This document shows, one piece after another, positions 1-9,228 of a stretch of DNA of 64,000 nucleotides. The notes below the pieces were generated by a model that was not told the DNA's origin, did not search any database, and was given only the letters and a program-made list of their open reading frames with translations. The stretch's first letter is position 1, and each line of letters opens with the position of its first letter. A program made the position numbers and the translations under genes. Origin of the DNA: Halobacteriovoraceae bacterium (GTDB taxonomy: Bacteria; Bdellovibrionota; Bacteriovoracia; Bacteriovoracales; Bacteriovoracaceae); contig CAVRCF010000005.1 of NCBI GenBank assembly GCA_963719505.1, positions 928,001 through 992,000 on the forward strand. Direction: 5' to 3'.

Positions 1-206
1 TGATCTGTCTTCCAATTATCTGAAAGAGAAATATCGGCCATATCTCGTGCACAGAGGTCTCCAGCGGCCATGGGGTCAATTTCGACCTCAGCAATAGAAG
101 AGACTCCCCTAAATTGACCTTCATCGACAATAAATAGTGTCATTCCAGTAAAAATGAGAAGGGCTGTAAAAGTAAATAAAATTAAGTGCTTAGGTTCATT
201 CATCAT
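1..206 (-). CDS. 5' part of a putative secreted/membrane-anchored hypothetical protein, running off the window start
   Basis: Hand translation MMNEPKHLILFTFTALLIFTGMTLFIVDEGQFRGVSSIAEV..., open to position 1; hydrophobic N-terminus; AGGGA RBS upstream. Not in the ORF track. Confidence 0.65.
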   Translation of the reverse strand, partial: MMNEPKHLILFTFTALLIFTGMTLFIVDEGQFRGVSSIAEVEIDPMAAGDLCARDMADISLSDNWKTD

Positions 207-284
207 AGTTTCCCTATCGGTAAATTTAACAAAATACTTAGAATTATTGGTGCTTTTTCCAATAACTCGTTGTATAAGATCTCA

Positions 285-686
285 ATGATGACAAAGGTTT
301 TAGATAGATTTGGTATATGTGTTTCAGGAATATGTGTTGTTCACTGTATTGTCACACCTATCGTTATAATATTATTTCCAGCACTTAACACCTCTCACCT
401 CTTTCATGAGTGGTTTCACTTAATATTTGGGACTATTGTCATTACTTCTGTTTTGATAGCAGTCTACCCTCATTGTAATCGTCATGGACACAAAGATATC
501 GTCGCATTTGCTCTTTTAGGAAGTATCTCTATCCTTTTTGCTTTGTTTTTTGGTCATGACCTCAATGAGTATTTTGAGCATGGCTTTACAATTCTTGGAT
601 CAATTCTTCTCATTACGGCCCATATAAAGAATATGAAGGTTCGTCACGGTAGGTGTGAATCAGAGTGTTCTTCAACGACAAACTAG
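285..686 (+). CDS. MerC domain-containing membrane protein (metal transport-like)
   Basis: LDRFGICVSGICVVHC, HEWFH and C-terminal AHIKN motifs; 4 TM segments; start moved to the ATG at 285. Confidence 0.75.
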   Translation: MMTKVLDRFGICVSGICVVHCIVTPIVIILFPALNTSHLFHEWFHLIFGTIVITSVLIAVYPHCNRHGHKDIVAFALLGSISILFALFFGHDLNEYFEHGFTILGSILLITAHIKNMKVRHGRCESECSSTTN

Positions 687-761
687 TATAATCTTTACAA
701 GCGAAATCAAGAACTTAACTTTCTAGAGTATAGTGCCTTAAATAATTTTTTAAGGAGAACT

Positions 762-2195
762 ATGAGAAATATCATCATTTTAATGTCACTAACATTGATG
801 ACTATAAGCTGCTCTAAATCAAAGACAAGTAGCTCCGGAGTTTCTCGCTTTGAATTTCTCTCACGCTCCCCCATCTTTCCCAAAATTCAAAAAGAAATCT
901 GTGACAGCAATATTAGTTTCAATTTTTCGCCTAGCTACCTTTCTGCTTATATTAATGGAAGTAGAGACTCTCTTTATATTTTTCAAAATGAATACAAACA
1001 AGAGTCAAATAAAATTGAATCAACTCCCTTTTTTGAGTCCATTCGCTCATTCAAAGAGGACTCAAATGTTATCTTTACCTATGACCCAGATTCTAAGGAT
1101 GCAAATAAACAAGGCTATGTTGCTACTGTTTTAAAAGATGAAAATTTTCCGGGACAAGATGTCGAAGTTTGTCCAGAACTGACTCATATCGAAAACAACA
1201 CAGTGGAGAATGCAACTTTAATGGTTCATTATATTATTAATAAAACCAACAATGGCTTTGTTAATAACGGTATTGTCCTTGATAAGGTGAGCTTTAAAGT
1301 CGCTCCCTATATTTCTACCGCTCAAAGAGTTATCGGAGGGCCTTTCGACATACCAAGGCTTCAGATGAGAGGTGGTGTTAAAACCGATAATGCATCATTT
1401 AACTTTTCGACTAGAGAAATTGTATTTCTTCCACAAAGTGAAGAAGGGATCAATGCTAATCTCTTTGGAAAAGTTCCTTTATGGGAGATTCCAATGGTTG
1501 CCTCTCACGAATTTGGTCACCATGGTTTTAGTTCAATTATGACTCGCCATTTTCAAAAGACGAAGGAGCATAAAGTTCATCTTTGTTTTGACAATCAAGC
1601 AACTGAAACCTTTGCTTCACCTAATTCAAACTCAAGTCGAAAAACAGATATCGATGAAGCTATACGGGCACTCAACGAAGGTTTTGCGGACATGGTTTCT
1701 TACTATTCTTTAACAGATGAAGAAGCTTCTCTAAAAGATATCACTTGCATGGAAGAGAGTCGTGACATCTCTTTTGATAAATTTAAAGATGGTCAAAAGA
1801 AAATATTTTCTTCAAAAGTCATCTCAATTATGAATAACAAAAATGTCATTCCCTCACCAAGAGACTGTAAGATACCAGACTTCCAAGAGATTCACGATTT
1901 AGGCGCCGTCTTCGCATCTGTCGCGGACAAACTTATGTCGAGAACAATAACTGACAAAGCACAGAAGCTATCAATACTTATCAATTGGCTTGAAAAGCTC
2001 AATCAAGAATACGATTCAAAGTTAGCATCTGCAGATATTAAAAATACTTTTGAAATTTCCTACGAACTCTTAGCTAAGGTCTTAGTTGATAAAGGGTATG
2101 AGTCGGATACCGCTGAGCTTTGTACCTTTTTAGGAACTAAGTTCTCGTCGATGGATTCAACATATAGTTGGAACTACCTAAACAATTGCTACTAA
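762..2195 (+). CDS. Lipoprotein, gluzincin-type zinc metallopeptidase (M4/M36-like)
   Basis: Lipobox TISC; DNASF, HEFGH and ALNEGFAD motifs; AAGGAG RBS. Confidence 0.7.
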   Translation: MRNIIILMSLTLMTISCSKSKTSSSGVSRFEFLSRSPIFPKIQKEICDSNISFNFSPSYLSAYINGSRDSLYIFQNEYKQESNKIESTPFFESIRSFKEDSNVIFTYDPDSKDANKQGYVATVLKDENFPGQDVEVCPELTHIENNTVENATLMVHYIINKTNNGFVNNGIVLDKVSFKVAPYISTAQRVIGGPFDIPRLQMRGGVKTDNASFNFSTREIVFLPQSEEGINANLFGKVPLWEIPMVASHEFGHHGFSSIMTRHFQKTKEHKVHLCFDNQATETFASPNSNSSRKTDIDEAIRALNEGFADMVSYYSLTDEEASLKDITCMEESRDISFDKFKDGQKKIFSSKVISIMNNKNVIPSPRDCKIPDFQEIHDLGAVFASVADKLMSRTITDKAQKLSILINWLEKLNQEYDSKLASADIKNTFEISYELLAKVLVDKGYESDTAELCTFLGTKFSSMDSTYSWNYLNNCY

Positions 2196-2222
2196 AAAAA
2201 AAGGGACTCAAATGAGTCCCTT
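2194..2222. terminator. Rho-independent terminator between convergent genes
   Basis: A-run followed by the hairpin AAGGGACTCA-AA-TGAGTCCCTT; U-tail on the minus strand after rpmE2. Confidence 0.8.
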
Positions 2223-2246
2223 CTATGTTTAAGAATGTAATCGAAA

Positions 2247-2492
2247 TTACTTTCCTCTTCTGAATTTCTTATTGAATTTATCAACTCTTCCTTCAGTATC
2301 AAGAACTCTTTGAGTTCCAGTATAGAAAGGGTGAGAAGCTGAAGAGATATCAACTTTATAATATGGAAGTGTTTTACCTTCGTGCTCAATTGTATCTTTA
2401 GTTGTAACCGTTGAACCAACAACGACTTTAAAATCAACTGAAATGTCGTGGAATAAAACGTCTCTGTACTCTGGGTGAATGTCTTTTCTCAT
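2247..2492 (-). CDS. rpmE2: 50S ribosomal protein L31 type B (cysteine-free)
   Basis: MRKDIHPEY...[12 protein letters not shown]...[10 protein letters not shown]. Confidence 0.95.
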   Translation of the reverse strand: MRKDIHPEYRDVLFHDISVDFKVVVGSTVTTKDTIEHEGKTLPYYKVDISSASHPFYTGTQRVLDTEGRVDKFNKKFRRGK

Positions 2493-2551
2493 ATTTAAAT
2501 CCTGTTTTTATTGCTCATATACAATAGATTAATGTGTAAAAATGTCTGTGA

Positions 2552-2580
2552 AATTTATTACGATTCTGACGTTAAGTCAA
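2552..2580 (-). promoter_or_regulatory. sigma70-type promoter of rpmE2
   Basis: Minus strand TTGACT-17 bp-TAAATT. Confidence 0.55.
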
Positions 2581-2701
2581 TAAAGTATAGAGACTTATTA
2601 TTACTTTATCGCTTCAACCTCCTTAAATCACACAAAATCCGACAAAAAATATCAAGATTCTATTCAGGAAACTGAAAAGAATCGATATCCAGGGGGAATT
2701 T

Positions 2702-3736
2702 ATGAAAAAACTCTTAACATTGAGTGTACTTACATTATCCATATCAAGCTTTGCCCAAGTTGATTACTCAGCCTGCCAAGAGATGTTTAGCAGCTATGGA
2801 ATTGATCCAGAAGGTAAAATAACAGATTTTCAAGGCAGTGAACTTGTTAAAAAAGAAGTTAAAGATGGAGTTGAGTCTTATGTCATCAAAGGTGGTGGCT
2901 ATGGTGGAATTGGCATGAATCACGACAAAGTCATTCACATCACTAGAGATGAAAAAGGAAATATAGCCTCAATATTAAAGGGACCTCAGGAAGTTTCAAA
3001 AGACCATCTCGAGAAACTAAAAGAGACCCAACTCAATATGCAGGTGATGATGGCAAAGCCTGGGTTAACAGGTCAATATGGTATGGGATATGGCTTTGGT
3101 AGTGGTGAACTCAATGAGCAAAACGCTATGGGGTACAATTTATCTAAAGACGATTTAAAGCAGCTAAAAAAAAATTGGCGAAAAGATAAAAAGTTAACAA
3201 GAAAAGTTAAAAAGATTATTAAAAAAATGCAAGACTCTGGTAAAGGCCAATTCCATATTGGAAGCGAGTCAAAATTTATTGTAAAAGATAATAAGTGTGA
3301 ACGTATTGAAAAAAGTAATAGGTTCTATTCTGAAGCTGACAAAAAAATTGATTCTCATAAACTGCACTCAAAGTCTGCTTGTGAAGAAGTGGCAAAAATT
3401 TATAAAAAGCACCGAGATGAGCTTTATAAATGTGATATGGCCCACCAAGCAGTTTCAAAAGATTTGTATTCGAATATTTCAAAAATTAAAGATATCCAAC
3501 CATTCATGGGGATGGGCATGACTGGAGGATACGGCATGGGAGCAGGATTAGGCAGTATTTCATCTAATCCTATCAATGGCCATGTAGCGGTATGTAAGTC
3601 TAATTATCCATCTCTTCATGAACCGTATGCACTTCCAATGTCTCCAGCTGGCGGTGGACAATCGGGATACGGATCCCCTTATAGTTCTGAAAATACTGGT
3701 TTTGGAATTTCAAATGGATTAGGAATAGGTTTTTAA
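2702..3736 (+). CDS. Secreted hypothetical protein with Gly/Tyr/Met-rich segments
   Basis: Signal peptide MKKLLTLSVLTLSISSFA; GGGGGA RBS; recurring GGYG/GMG patches; several Cys. Confidence 0.75.
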   Translation: MKKLLTLSVLTLSISSFAQVDYSACQEMFSSYGIDPEGKITDFQGSELVKKEVKDGVESYVIKGGGYGGIGMNHDKVIHITRDEKGNIASILKGPQEVSKDHLEKLKETQLNMQVMMAKPGLTGQYGMGYGFGSGELNEQNAMGYNLSKDDLKQLKKNWRKDKKLTRKVKKIIKKMQDSGKGQFHIGSESKFIVKDNKCERIEKSNRFYSEADKKIDSHKLHSKSACEEVAKIYKKHRDELYKCDMAHQAVSKDLYSNISKIKDIQPFMGMGMTGGYGMGAGLGSISSNPINGHVAVCKSNYPSLHEPYALPMSPAGGGQSGYGSPYSSENTGFGISNGLGIGF

Positions 3737-3742
3737 ACAAAT

Positions 3743-3764
3743 GGCTCCTTACGGAGCCTTTTTT
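3743..3764 (+). terminator. Rho-independent terminator
   Basis: GGCTCC-TTAC-GGAGCC followed by a T-run, between convergent genes. Confidence 0.75.
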
Positions 3765-6321
3765 ATTTCTTCAATGCTTTTTTGACAATATCAATCGCTT
3801 CTTTTTCAGTCAGCTTCACAGCTTTTTCGGCTGTTTTGTACTCATCGGGAAGACCAATGTTTTTTGTTCCAGCTTTTAAGTAGACTCCGTACTTACCGTC
3901 ATAGATTCCAACTTTCTTTTTAAGTTCTTCAATACGGCCAAAGTCTTTAATATTTTTTGCACCTCGAGAGCCACGAGGCTCATTAAGAAGTTCAAGGGCC
4001 CTATCAAGTTTTACTTTATAGAGATCATCTTCTTTTTTTAACGATCTAAAATCTCCATCGTGCATAACATAAGGTCCAAAACGTCCAACGTTGGCAAGAA
4101 TGGGTTTCTTCGTCTCTGGATGAACTCCAAGCTCTCTTGGAAGATTTAAAAGTTTAATTGCCTCATCAAGGTCAGCTTCTTTTGGTTTCATTCCTTTAGG
4201 AAGTGAAGCACGTCGTGGTTTTGGATTTTCCTCTGTTGCCTCACCTAGCTGAAAGTACGGTCCATAGCGACCAACGAGAACATAAATAGGTTCTTTAAAA
4301 TCAGGATGCTCTCCGATTGATTCTGGGCCTCTTTTACTCAGCTCAATAAGTTCGTCGATGTCTTCTGGTTTTAAGTCTGCCGGCGCAATGTCTTCAGGGA
4401 TTGAGGCATGAACCTCTTCAGCCTTTGTATCACCACTGGCAGGACTAATAACATAAGGTCCAAAGCGCCCAACTTTAATTTCAACATGTCCATACTCACC
4501 TTCAAGGTGAATCGTTCTCGACTCTTCAGGGCTAATATTTTTATCTTGTTTCTCAACGGTCTTCTTTAAACCTTTTGCCCCTGAATAGAAGCTTTTCATA
4601 TATTCTAAAAACTCTACTGAGCCATCTGCGATTCCATCAAGTTTTTCTTCCATTTCACTGGTAAAACCATAGTCCACAAGATGAGAGAAATATTTTTCTA
4701 AAAGCTGACATACGGCCATACCGGTAAAGCTTGGAATAAGAGCTGATCCTTCCTTCCTGACGTATCCTCTATCTTGAATTGTAGAAATAATAGAAGCATA
4801 AGTTGAAGGACGACCCACGCCTTCTTTTTCAAGTCTTTGAACAAGGCTTGCTTCCGTAAATCTCGCTGGTGGTTTTGTTTCATGAAAAAGTGCATTCACT
4901 TCATCTTGTTTAATAACCATGCCCTCTTTAAGTTCTGGAAGTAAAACTTCTTTATCATCAAGTGCCTGTTCAGGATCATCGCTTCCTTCGACGTAAGCTC
5001 TTAGGAAACCTGGAAAAATTATTCTGGAACCGTTAGCCGTGAATTCACAATCATCAACTTGGATCTTTATCGCCATATTCATTTTTTTAGCTTCTTTCAT
5101 CTGACTTGCGAGAGTTCTTTTCCAAATAAGCTCATACAATTGCTTCTCTTTTGGATCCTTGAAAGTTATCTCATCGGGGTGTTGAAACTCACTTCCAGCT
5201 GGGCGAATCGCTTCATGGGCTTCTTGAGCCCCTTTGGTTTTTGCTGCAAATTGCCTAGGCTCGTCCGCCAAAAACTCTTTTCCAAAAAGTTTTTCAACCG
5301 ATTGTCTGGCTCCTTCAATCGCCTCAGCTGAAAGATTTGGTGAATCTGTTCTCATATAAGTGATAAGACCTTCTTCATATAATCTTTGGGCTAATCTCAT
5401 CGTGTTTTTAGCAGAAAGACCAAGCTTTCTGATACCTTCCATCTGTAAAGATGAAGTTATAAAGGGCTTTGCCACATTCATCGTCGATTGTTTCTCCTCG
5501 ATAGAGGTTACCGTCCAATCTGACTTTTTAAGTTTCTCGGCTAAACTTTTAGCTGTTTTATCTTTAAGATGTTCTACATCTCGCGTTAGCTTTCCAGTCT
5601 CAGCTTCAAAGTCACTTCCCTTGGCAATCTTTTTACCTTTAACGCTCGTAAGTTTCGCCTCGAAAAGATCTTTGCTTTTATCTGTCACAAAAACATTGGC
5701 CTTGATATCCCAATATTCTGAGCGAACAAAACGCATTCTTTCTCTTTCACGCTCAACGATAAACCTAAGTCCCGTCGATTGAACTCGACCGGCACTTAGA
5801 CCGTAAGCTATCTTCTTCCAAATTAATGGTGAAAGGGTATATCCATAGAGTCTATCTAAAATTCTTCTGGCTTCTTGAGCTCGAACCAGCTTCTCATCTA
5901 GCTCTCTAGTGTCCTCAAGTGCTGCAAGGATCGCTTTCTTTGTGATTTCGTGGAAGACCATTCGCTTAACGGGAACCTTCGGCTTGAGAAGCTCCATAAG
6001 GTGAAATGAAATACTCTCCCCTTCGCGGTCTTCATCGGTCGCAAGATAGATACCTGCACAGTCTTTTAATTTCTTTTTCAGTTCTCTGACAATTTTAGAT
6101 TTGCCTTTTGGAACGATATAAAGTGGCTCAAAGCCTTTTTCTGTATTAACTCCAAGCTTTGCCCATTCTTCTTTCTTTAATTCTTTAGGAATATCCGTAG
6201 CAGATTGAGGAAGATCTCTGACGTGACCCATTGAGGCCTCAACAATATAGTTTTTTGGTAAAAATTTTCGAATTGTTTTTGCTTTTGTTGGTGACTCGAC
6301 GATAACGAGGTATTTTTCCAT
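3763..6321 (-). CDS. topA: DNA topoisomerase I with C-terminal repeats (no zinc ribbons)
   Basis: LVIVESPTKAK, ATDEDREGE, SAGRVQS, ITYMRTDS; repeated GRF/YGPY C-terminal units. Confidence 0.97.
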   Translation of the reverse strand: MEKYLVIVESPTKAKTIRKFLPKNYIVEASMGHVRDLPQSATDIPKELKKEEWAKLGVNTEKGFEPLYIVPKGKSKIVRELKKKLKDCAGIYLATDEDREGESISFHLMELLKPKVPVKRMVFHEITKKAILAALEDTRELDEKLVRAQEARRILDRLYGYTLSPLIWKKIAYGLSAGRVQSTGLRFIVERERERMRFVRSEYWDIKANVFVTDKSKDLFEAKLTSVKGKKIAKGSDFEAETGKLTRDVEHLKDKTAKSLAEKLKKSDWTVTSIEEKQSTMNVAKPFITSSLQMEGIRKLGLSAKNTMRLAQRLYEEGLITYMRTDSPNLSAEAIEGARQSVEKLFGKEFLADEPRQFAAKTKGAQEAHEAIRPAGSEFQHPDEITFKDPKEKQLYELIWKRTLASQMKEAKKMNMAIKIQVDDCEFTANGSRIIFPGFLRAYVEGSDDPEQALDDKEVLLPELKEGMVIKQDEVNALFHETKPPARFTEASLVQRLEKEGVGRPSTYASIISTIQDRGYVRKEGSALIPSFTGMAVCQLLEKYFSHLVDYGFTSEMEEKLDGIADGSVEFLEYMKSFYSGAKGLKKTVEKQDKNISPEESRTIHLEGEYGHVEIKVGRFGPYVISPASGDTKAEEVHASIPEDIAPADLKPEDIDELIELSKRGPESIGEHPDFKEPIYVLVGRYGPYFQLGEATEENPKPRRASLPKGMKPKEADLDEAIKLLNLPRELGVHPETKKPILANVGRFGPYVMHDGDFRSLKKEDDLYKVKLDRALELLNEPRGSRGAKNIKDFGRIEELKKKVGIYDGKYGVYLKAGTKNIGLPDEYKTAEKAVKLTEKEAIDIVKKALKK

Positions 6322-6455
6322 TCTTTTGACCCATTAGTTTGTAATATGCATTGATAGCAATATTTATTTAGATACTATAATAGGTAAAGCCTCTGATCAT
6401 AAAAGTCAAAAATTAGAACATATTAAATAGAGAAAAAATATCTTAACTCTTTGTG

Positions 6456-7655
6456 TTAGTGAACAGTTGAATCCAGTTTTTTCTTTTTGAATCGTAACGC
6501 TCGTCTCACTCTTTCACTTCCCTTGATTACTTTTCTTCTAAAATTTTTGCCGCTCACATATCCGCGTGCTCTTGATCTGGAAAGAACATAAGCTGATTTA
6601 TTAACGACATATGAACAAAAGTTTACAAGTTCTGGGTCTTTGTTCTCAAGTTTAACCTGCACCTTTTTGTTAACTGTACACATCAAAGTTGAAGCGATGG
6701 CTCCTAAATCGGCAACGAGAGTGACCCCAGTTACTGCAGATGCAACTGACTTAGAAACTAAGCCTATAATAATTTTGGGAGCAAATATTTTTGAACTAAA
6801 GGCTATCAACCCTTCGTGGATTCGAATTCTGGATCTATTACCAAGATCCAGAAGATCAAATTCTGGCCTAAAGGTCATAATTGAATCCAGATCATCTCCA
6901 GATATCTCCCCTACGAAACCTCTGAGTTCTTGATATTCAGGGTGGTCATTTATTAAATTGGCATCTATTTCAAAAAACATCAATTCTGGCCCAAGGGCAT
7001 CAAACGCGATTTCTTGCAGCGTTTTAACTTGTGCATTTTGCTCGAAGTTTCCAAGTCCTAAACTCTTGAGAACCGACTCCCTCGACACGTCAACTTTGGT
7101 GTAGTGTTTAAAAAGATCTTGAATGATAATAATCTGCTTTTCTAAAAGAATATCTTCCACTCTCAAGCTTAAGTTTTCTGCAAAATTCATCAATGTACCA
7201 GTGTTTTTCCAAGCATCGTTGAGCTCACTTTCATGATTCAAGAAGAATTGCAAAAAAGCTTTTGAATCTTGATTTTTACCTGGCTTTTCAAAAAGGCCTG
7301 TAAAGAATGAAGCTATATTGACGAAAGGACGAAAAAGAGTCGTTGATACAAAAGTTGAAGCTTTTCCGGCTCCTCTTAAAATAGAATGAAAGGAAACATT
7401 TCTTTTTTTCTTATCTGTTTTAATCTCATCTGAGAGCTCTTTAAATCCCGCGCTCACTTTTAGGAGAGCTTTCTGAACCTGAGTGTCTTGAGTTATCGCT
7501 TCCGTTTCAAGGTCGCTGGCAATGGTATCCAACTGCTCAGAGGTTAAGGTAACAACCTCTCCATTTTCCATTTCAAGTGAGACCTCTGAGGCCACAGCTG
7601 TGAGTGAAAATCCAAGAAAAAATACTGTTAACAAAATAAAGCTTACGCTTTTCAT
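6456..7655 (-). CDS. Secreted hypothetical protein
   Basis: Long ORF; start moved to MKSVSFILL (GGAG RBS); signal peptide ending AVA; basic C-terminus. Confidence 0.7.
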   Translation of the reverse strand: MKSVSFILLTVFFLGFSLTAVASEVSLEMENGEVVTLTSEQLDTIASDLETEAITQDTQVQKALLKVSAGFKELSDEIKTDKKKRNVSFHSILRGAGKASTFVSTTLFRPFVNIASFFTGLFEKPGKNQDSKAFLQFFLNHESELNDAWKNTGTLMNFAENLSLRVEDILLEKQIIIIQDLFKHYTKVDVSRESVLKSLGLGNFEQNAQVKTLQEIAFDALGPELMFFEIDANLINDHPEYQELRGFVGEISGDDLDSIMTFRPEFDLLDLGNRSRIRIHEGLIAFSSKIFAPKIIIGLVSKSVASAVTGVTLVADLGAIASTLMCTVNKKVQVKLENKDPELVNFCSYVVNKSAYVLSRSRARGYVSGKNFRRKVIKGSERVRRALRFKKKKLDSTVH

Positions 7656-7686
7656 ACACACTCCTATAAATCTGTACCTTTTAAGT

Positions 7687-7702
7687 AGCAAAATAGCTGC
7701 CA
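7687..7702 (-). promoter_or_regulatory. sigma54 (-24/-12) promoter
   Basis: Minus strand TGGCAG-CTATT-TTGCT matches TGGCAC-N5-TTGCW, about 30 bp upstream of the ATG at 7655. Confidence 0.65.
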
Positions 7703-7817
7703 CCTAAAGAGATGTATTTTCGGAGACTTGGGATTGGTAATCTGTCTAATTATTCACAACTGTCTATTTATTTTATACTCGAAACCCTAAACCTTTAACG
7801 AGAGTCTTAGATAGTCT

Positions 7818-8906
7818 TTAAAGGAATCTATTCACCTGAAGCCATTTAGCTAAATGGCTTGAGAATTTCTTATTTGCAAGTCCACTAGGGTGCCCATCAT
7901 CTTTGATAAGATAGCGACTTATTTCACCTTCTTGGAGATTCTCTTTAAAGTCATTCTCCATGGCTTTAATAGGAATAATATCTACTTTGTTGGCGGCTAA
8001 GGACTTTAGCATCTTTTTCACAACTGAACTTTTGGGATCGGCATATGGAATGAGACCAAAAACGAATTTACCTTTTGGAAATTGTTCAAGGTAATTTTTT
8101 TTTATTCTCAAAATCAATTCAACAAAAAGCTTTACCTCTTTGTCTGAAGAGGAAGTTAGTTGGTGGGATTCAATATAGCTTCTTGCAAGACCGTTTTGTT
8201 TAAATTTTTGATACTCTAGGTATTCACTACTTTCACCAATTTTGCCCTTGTATACCAATGTCTCACTTACCATTTTATAAAAGGGTCTCCCTTTTTCTGC
8301 CCAGTCCAGATAGGAAGGTGCTGAATTAGCTCGTCGAAATTGGTCACTAAAAAACACATAGACCATAACTCCTTCAGACTCTGTGACGTATCTAGAAAGC
8401 GGGTATTTTTCGAGAAGAAATAAATGATCATGTGGACCACTTCCATTCATTGCCAGATTATAGCTGTGGTAATCTGGAATTATTTTCTGAAGGTTGTAGC
8501 TGAGAGTTTCTTCTGGTGGAAGCCCCAAGCCAAAGGTCCAAGAACACCCCATTAAAAGAATATGCTTTTGATAGGAACGAGTCTTTTTTAAAGGATTTCT
8601 ATAACCGGCACCATCCAAGGTATAATTCACTTTATATATTAATGATCCATCCTCTCTTAAATAAGTGTGCTCAAAATTATGGGCAGGGAGAAGATAGGGG
8701 TAATCCTTCTGCTCACCTTTACTGGGATAAACTAATTTAACATTCTCAATTTTTGAAGCTTTGTAAAAAACGCGCTGAATATCAGGCTTTCTTAGCATCC
8801 GCTCCCTCAATAAAAGAAGACCCGTCAACGTCACCAAAAAGATACTTATCGATACAAGAATTTTTAGGAACAAAATTTTCACTTTAAAATGGTCGCTCAA
8901 AGTCAC
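7818..8906 (-). CDS. Membrane-anchored SGNH/GDSL-fold hydrolase or acyltransferase
   Basis: N-terminal TM; GCSWTFG (block I), NLAMNGSG, DGHPS (block V). Confidence 0.75.
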   Translation of the reverse strand: MTLSDHFKVKILFLKILVSISIFLVTLTGLLLLRERMLRKPDIQRVFYKASKIENVKLVYPSKGEQKDYPYLLPAHNFEHTYLREDGSLIYKVNYTLDGAGYRNPLKKTRSYQKHILLMGCSWTFGLGLPPEETLSYNLQKIIPDYHSYNLAMNGSGPHDHLFLLEKYPLSRYVTESEGVMVYVFFSDQFRRANSAPSYLDWAEKGRPFYKMVSETLVYKGKIGESSEYLEYQKFKQNGLARSYIESHQLTSSSDKEVKLFVELILRIKKNYLEQFPKGKFVFGLIPYADPKSSVVKKMLKSLAANKVDIIPIKAMENDFKENLQEGEISRYLIKDDGHPSGLANKKFSSHLAKWLQVNRFL

Positions 8907-9228
8907 ATCGATCTTTTTTTACAACGAAGCTCGTTTTGGAATCTTTGAAAGATGAGTGACGAAAAAATAATTTATAAAGGATAGAAAAAGGAGTAAAGAA
9001 AACAAAGTAAAAACTAACGAGTATGATTTTTGAATTCATCTGTCCAATAAATAAAAACATTCTCTTTTGTAAATTGAGAACTCTGGAATAAAACAGTGCG
9101 AGTATAAACATCAAGGCCAAAACCCAGTGATACGTAAAGTCCTTTCTGACAATATAGAGAATAACGGCAAGACTTATATTACTCGAAACCAAAAAGATAA
9201 AATCATCGCGTCTTTTAATCCAGTTCAA
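8884..9228 (-). CDS. SxtJ-family membrane protein
   Basis: IGQMNSKIILVSFYFVFFTP and C-terminal FERPF; probable TTG start at 9228 with GAGGA RBS; follows the carbamoyltransferase. Confidence 0.65.
   Translation of the reverse strand: MNWIKRRDDFIFLVSSNISLAVILYIVRKDFTYHWVLALMFILALFYSRVLNLQKRMFLFIGQMNSKIILVSFYFVFFTPFSILYKLFFRHSSFKDSKTSFVVKKDRCDFERPF

Noticed and set aside
186..284. N-terminal extension of the MerC-like ORF in the ORF track
   Set aside because: Overlaps the divergent gene start and promoter region; family similarity begins near the ATG at 285.
265..290. Possible Zur/Fur box before the MerC-like gene
   Set aside because: Only a weak imperfect palindrome (TTGTATAAGATCTCAA).
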